The position numbers and the translations under genes were made by a program. Shown in pieces: positions 60,919-64,000 of a stretch of 64,000 nucleotides of DNA. Location: positions 100,711 to 164,710 of the forward strand of contig DHQL01000013.1 in NCBI GenBank assembly GCA_002408085.1. The letters are read 5' to 3'. Below the pieces are notes generated by a model that did not search any database, was not told the DNA's origin, and was given only the letters and a program-made list of their open reading frames with translations. Position 1 is the first letter of the stretch, and each line of letters opens with the position of its first letter. This stretch comes from Spirochaeta sp. UBA5339. GTDB lineage: Bacteria; Spirochaetota; Spirochaetia; DSM-2461.

Positions 60919-62673
60919 ATGAATGCCAAGGAACAGAAGAAGCTTGAGAAGCTTCAGAAAATGCGCCACTCCATGGCCCACGTTATGGCCGGAGCTGTTC
61001 TGAAACTGATGCCCGAGGCGAAATTCGCCATCGGACCCGCCATCGACAATGGATTTTACTACGATTTCGATCTTCCCCGTAAACTGACCAATGAAGATCT
61101 TGCAACCATCGAAGAGCTGATGAAGGAGATCATCAAGGAGAACCTTCCCTTTGAGAAGGAAGTCCTCAGCCGCGCCGAGGCCCTTGAGATGTTCAAGGAC
61201 CAGCCCTACAAGGTTGAGCTGATCCAGGAGCTCCCCGAGGATGAGGAGATCTCCATCTTCAGGATGGGAGACGCCTTTGTGGACCTCTGCCGGGGACCCC
61301 ATGTGGAAGATACCAGCCGCCTCAATGCCCAGGGCTTCAAGCTCCTGTCCATCGCCGGCGCCTACTGGAGAGGCGATGAGAAGCGCCCCATGCTCCAGAG
61401 AATCTACGCCACCGCTTTCGGTGATCCCAAGGCCCTGAAGGCCCATCTGGAATTTCTTGAAGAGATGGAAAAGCGTGACCACCGCCGTGTGGGCAAGGAG
61501 CAGGACCTCTTCAGCCTTCACGAGGAAGCGGGACCCGGTCTTGTCTACTGGCACCCCAAGGGAGCACGGATGCGTGTAACCATCGAGGACTTCTGGAGAA
61601 AAGAGCACTACAAGAACGGCTACGATATGGTCTTCACTCCCCATGTTGGAAAATCCTGGCTCTGGGAAACTTCCGGACACCTGGACTTCTACAAAGAGGG
61701 AATGTACCCCAATATGGTTATGGACGATGTGAACTACTACGCCAAGCCCATGAACTGTCCCTTCCATATTATGATCTACAAGAACGGAAAGCACTCCTAC
61801 CGTGACCTTCCCTACCGCTGGGCCGAGCTGGGAACCGTATACCGCTATGAGCGCTCTGGAACTCTCCACGGCCTTCTGAGAGTCCGCGGATTTACCCAGG
61901 ACGATGCCCACCTGATCTGTACTCCCGATCAGATGCAGAGCGAGATCTCTGAAGTTCTCCGATTCAGCCTCTTTATGCTCCGGTCCTTCGGATTCTCCGA
62001 TATCTCCGCATACCTCTCCACCATGCCCGAGAAGAGTGTAGGGGAGAAGGAGAGATGGGACGCGGCAACCGAGTCTCTGAGAAAGGCCATCGAGGATGAG
62101 GGTCTCGAGTACAAGGTGGACGAGGGCGGCGGAGCCTTCTACGGACCCAAGATCGACCTGAAGGTGAAGGACACCATGGGAAGAGAGTGGCAGCTCTCAA
62201 CCGTTCAGTTCGACTTCAACCTGCCTGACCGCTTCGACATGACCTTTACCGACAATGACGGACAGGAGAAACGGCCCTATGTAATTCACAGAGCCCTTCT
62301 CGGTTCCATCGAACGTTTCTTCGGTGTTCTTATTGAAAACTACGGCGGAGCCTTCCCCGTATGGCTGGCACCCACTCAGGTGCGTGTTATCCCTGTAAGT
62401 GAGAAGTTCGAGGACTACGCCAAAAAGGTTGAGCGCAGCCTGAGAGCCGAGGATATTCTTGTAGACGGCGATTACTCCGATGACCGTATGAACGCGAAGA
62501 TCAGAAACGCCCAGAATGAGAAGATTCCCTATATGGTAGTTGTGGGTGAGAAAGAGATGAACGACAGTGCCGTCAGCATCCGTGTCAGAACCGGTGAGCA
62601 GCTTAACGGCATGCCTCTGGATGATGCCATCTCTATGATCAATGAGAAGATCGCTAAGAAGGAAATGCCATAG
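60919..62673 (+). CDS. thrS: Threonine--tRNA ligase
   Basis: RHSMAH, DLCRGPH, GAYWRGD, KPMNCP, RVRGFTQDDAH, GAFYGPKID, HRALLGSIERF. Confidence 0.97.
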   Translation: MNAKEQKKLEKLQKMRHSMAHVMAGAVLKLMPEAKFAIGPAIDNGFYYDFDLPRKLTNEDLATIEELMKEIIKENLPFEKEVLSRAEALEMFKDQPYKVELIQELPEDEEISIFRMGDAFVDLCRGPHVEDTSRLNAQGFKLLSIAGAYWRGDEKRPMLQRIYATAFGDPKALKAHLEFLEEMEKRDHRRVGKEQDLFSLHEEAGPGLVYWHPKGARMRVTIEDFWRKEHYKNGYDMVFTPHVGKSWLWETSGHLDFYKEGMYPNMVMDDVNYYAKPMNCPFHIMIYKNGKHSYRDLPYRWAELGTVYRYERSGTLHGLLRVRGFTQDDAHLICTPDQMQSEISEVLRFSLFMLRSFGFSDISAYLSTMPEKSVGEKERWDAATESLRKAIEDEGLEYKVDEGGGAFYGPKIDLKVKDTMGREWQLSTVQFDFNLPDRFDMTFTDNDGQEKRPYVIHRALLGSIERFFGVLIENYGGAFPVWLAPTQVRVIPVSEKFEDYAKKVERSLRAEDILVDGDYSDDRMNAKIRNAQNEKIPYMVVVGEKEMNDSAVSIRVRTGEQLNGMPLDDAISMINEKIAKKEMP

Positions 62674-62712
62674 TTCCGGTCTCGGATCTTAAGATTTTAA
62701 AGACCAAAACTC

Positions 62713-62742
62713 AAAGAGTGCCTTGTCGGGCACTCTTTTTTT
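62713..62742 (+). terminator. Rho-independent terminator of thrS
   Basis: AAAGAGTGCC...GGCACTCTTT followed by a T-run. Confidence 0.85.
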
Positions 62743-62834
62743 ATTGATAATACTTTAGCGATTGACATACAATGGTTATATTTGTTTATCTATCGTTAAG
62801 ATAAATGTTTAAATAAAGAATACAGGGGAAAACT

Positions 62835-64000
62835 ATGACAAAGATAGTTATTCTTGGCGGTGGTTATGCCGGTGTTCATGCAGGGAAGCTTTTACATAAA
62901 GCCTACAAAAAGAACGATGACGTTCAGGTAACCCTCATTGACGCGAACCCTTACCACACGCTGATGACAGAACTGCATGAAGTGGCCGGCGGCCGCGTGG
63001 ATAATGCGTGTGTAAAAATCTCATTTGACAGAATTTTCGGTGGAAAGTCCGTAGAAGTTGTACAGGACAAGATTACCGGTTTTGATTTTGACAACAAGAA
63101 GCTCTCATCCGAATCTGCCGAATACGAGTACGACTACCTCGTAATGGGTACAGGCGCCGAGGCTACAGACTTCGGGATTCCCGGCGTTAAGGAGCACTCT
63201 TTTTCACTATGGAGCTACCAGGACGCCTTGATCATCAAGGATCACGTACGTGAAATGTTCCGTCAGGCTTCTTATGAGAAGGACCCTGAAGTTCGCAAGA
63301 AACTGATGACATTTGTTGTTGCGGGAGCCGGATTTACCGGTGTTGAGATGATCGGTGAGTTGATCGAAAAAGTTCCCCAGATGTGCCGCGACTACAAGAT
63401 CGATCCCTCTGAAATTCAGCTGATCAATGTAGAAGGTCTTGACAGCATCCTGAAGATGCTTCCAGAAGGACCCCGTGCCAAGGCTCACAAATATATGGAG
63501 AAGAAGGGTGTAAAAATTATGCTCAACTCTCTTATTACAAAGGCTGAAGAAGGTTCCTTTACACTCAAGGACGGAACAGTTATTGAATGCGGTACACTGA
63601 TCTGGACCTGCGGTATCAAAGGCGGTTCCTTCGCTGCTGAGTCCGGACTGACAGTAGGTCACGTTGACAGACTGAAGGTTAACCCCACCATGCAGAGCGT
63701 AGACCACGAGAACGTATACGTTGTCGGTGATGCCCAATGGCTCCTCGAGAACGAGCGTCCCATTCCCCAGATTGTAGAAGCTGCCGAGCAGACTGCTGCC
63801 ACAGCTGTTAAAAATATCAAGGCACAGATTGCCGGTGGAAAGGCTGAAGCCACCTTCAAATCCAACTTCCACGGATTTATGGTCTCCATCGGGGGACGCT
63901 ACGCCGTATCCCATACAGCAGGAATGTCTCTTTCAGGAATTCCCGCTATGGCGATCAAGCACCTGGTTAACTGCTACTACCTCCACACCGTCTGCGGTGT
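62835..64000 (+). CDS. ndh: Type II NADH dehydrogenase, Ndh2-like (runs off the right edge)
   Basis: Not in ORF track. Manual translation: MTKIVILGGGYAG...YHTLMTELHEVAGG...GAGFTGVEMIGEL...YVVGD...PQIVEAAEQTA...GFMVSIG...KHLVNCYY. Confidence 0.85.
   Translation, partial: MTKIVILGGGYAGVHAGKLLHKAYKKNDDVQVTLIDANPYHTLMTELHEVAGGRVDNACVKISFDRIFGGKSVEVVQDKITGFDFDNKKLSSESAEYEYDYLVMGTGAEATDFGIPGVKEHSFSLWSYQDALIIKDHVREMFRQASYEKDPEVRKKLMTFVVAGAGFTGVEMIGELIEKVPQMCRDYKIDPSEIQLINVEGLDSILKMLPEGPRAKAHKYMEKKGVKIMLNSLITKAEEGSFTLKDGTVIECGTLIWTCGIKGGSFAAESGLTVGHVDRLKVNPTMQSVDHENVYVVGDAQWLLENERPIPQIVEAAEQTAATAVKNIKAQIAGGKAEATFKSNFHGFMVSIGGRYAVSHTAGMSLSGIPAMAIKHLVNCYYLHTVCG

Noticed and set aside
60910-61911. 333-aa - strand ORF
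   Set aside because: Antisense shadow of thrS caused by codon bias
63207-63914. 235-aa - strand ORF
   Set aside because: Antisense to the real + strand ndh, which the track missed because it has no stop in the window

Overview
A gene-dense, roughly 50% GC bacterial chromosome segment. The protein style (spirochaete-type solute-binding signal peptide, lipoproteins, MCP, LemA/TPM, outer-membrane proteins) suggests a free-living Spirochaetales bacterium (inference). About 60 CDSs cover sugar use (AraR-like regulator, GH43, YiaK, GH2 LacZ with AraC), envelope functions (alpha-2-macroglobulin with PbpC, a YtrA-regulated SPFH/Lol-like ABC/LolA-like/OM operon, LemA-TPM, ChrA pair), signalling (hybrid kinase, MCP, two GGDEF proteins, SrkA) and housekeeping (short RpsA, T-box-controlled thrS). 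I saw no rRNA, tRNA, CRISPR array or mobile element. The main find is a two-TM receptor whose Cache-like periplasmic sensor is joined directly to a cytoplasmic Schlafen/AlbA_2 domain that keeps its putative catalytic acidic residues (54617-56230). Other points of interest: an Ndh2-like (flavin EET type) NADH dehydrogenase at the right edge, a macroglobulin lacking the thioester motif, a candidate sRNA, several likely leaderless genes, a degenerate UDG-fold protein and two small ORFs missing from the ORF track. All family assignments come from motif recognition by eye; no searches were run.
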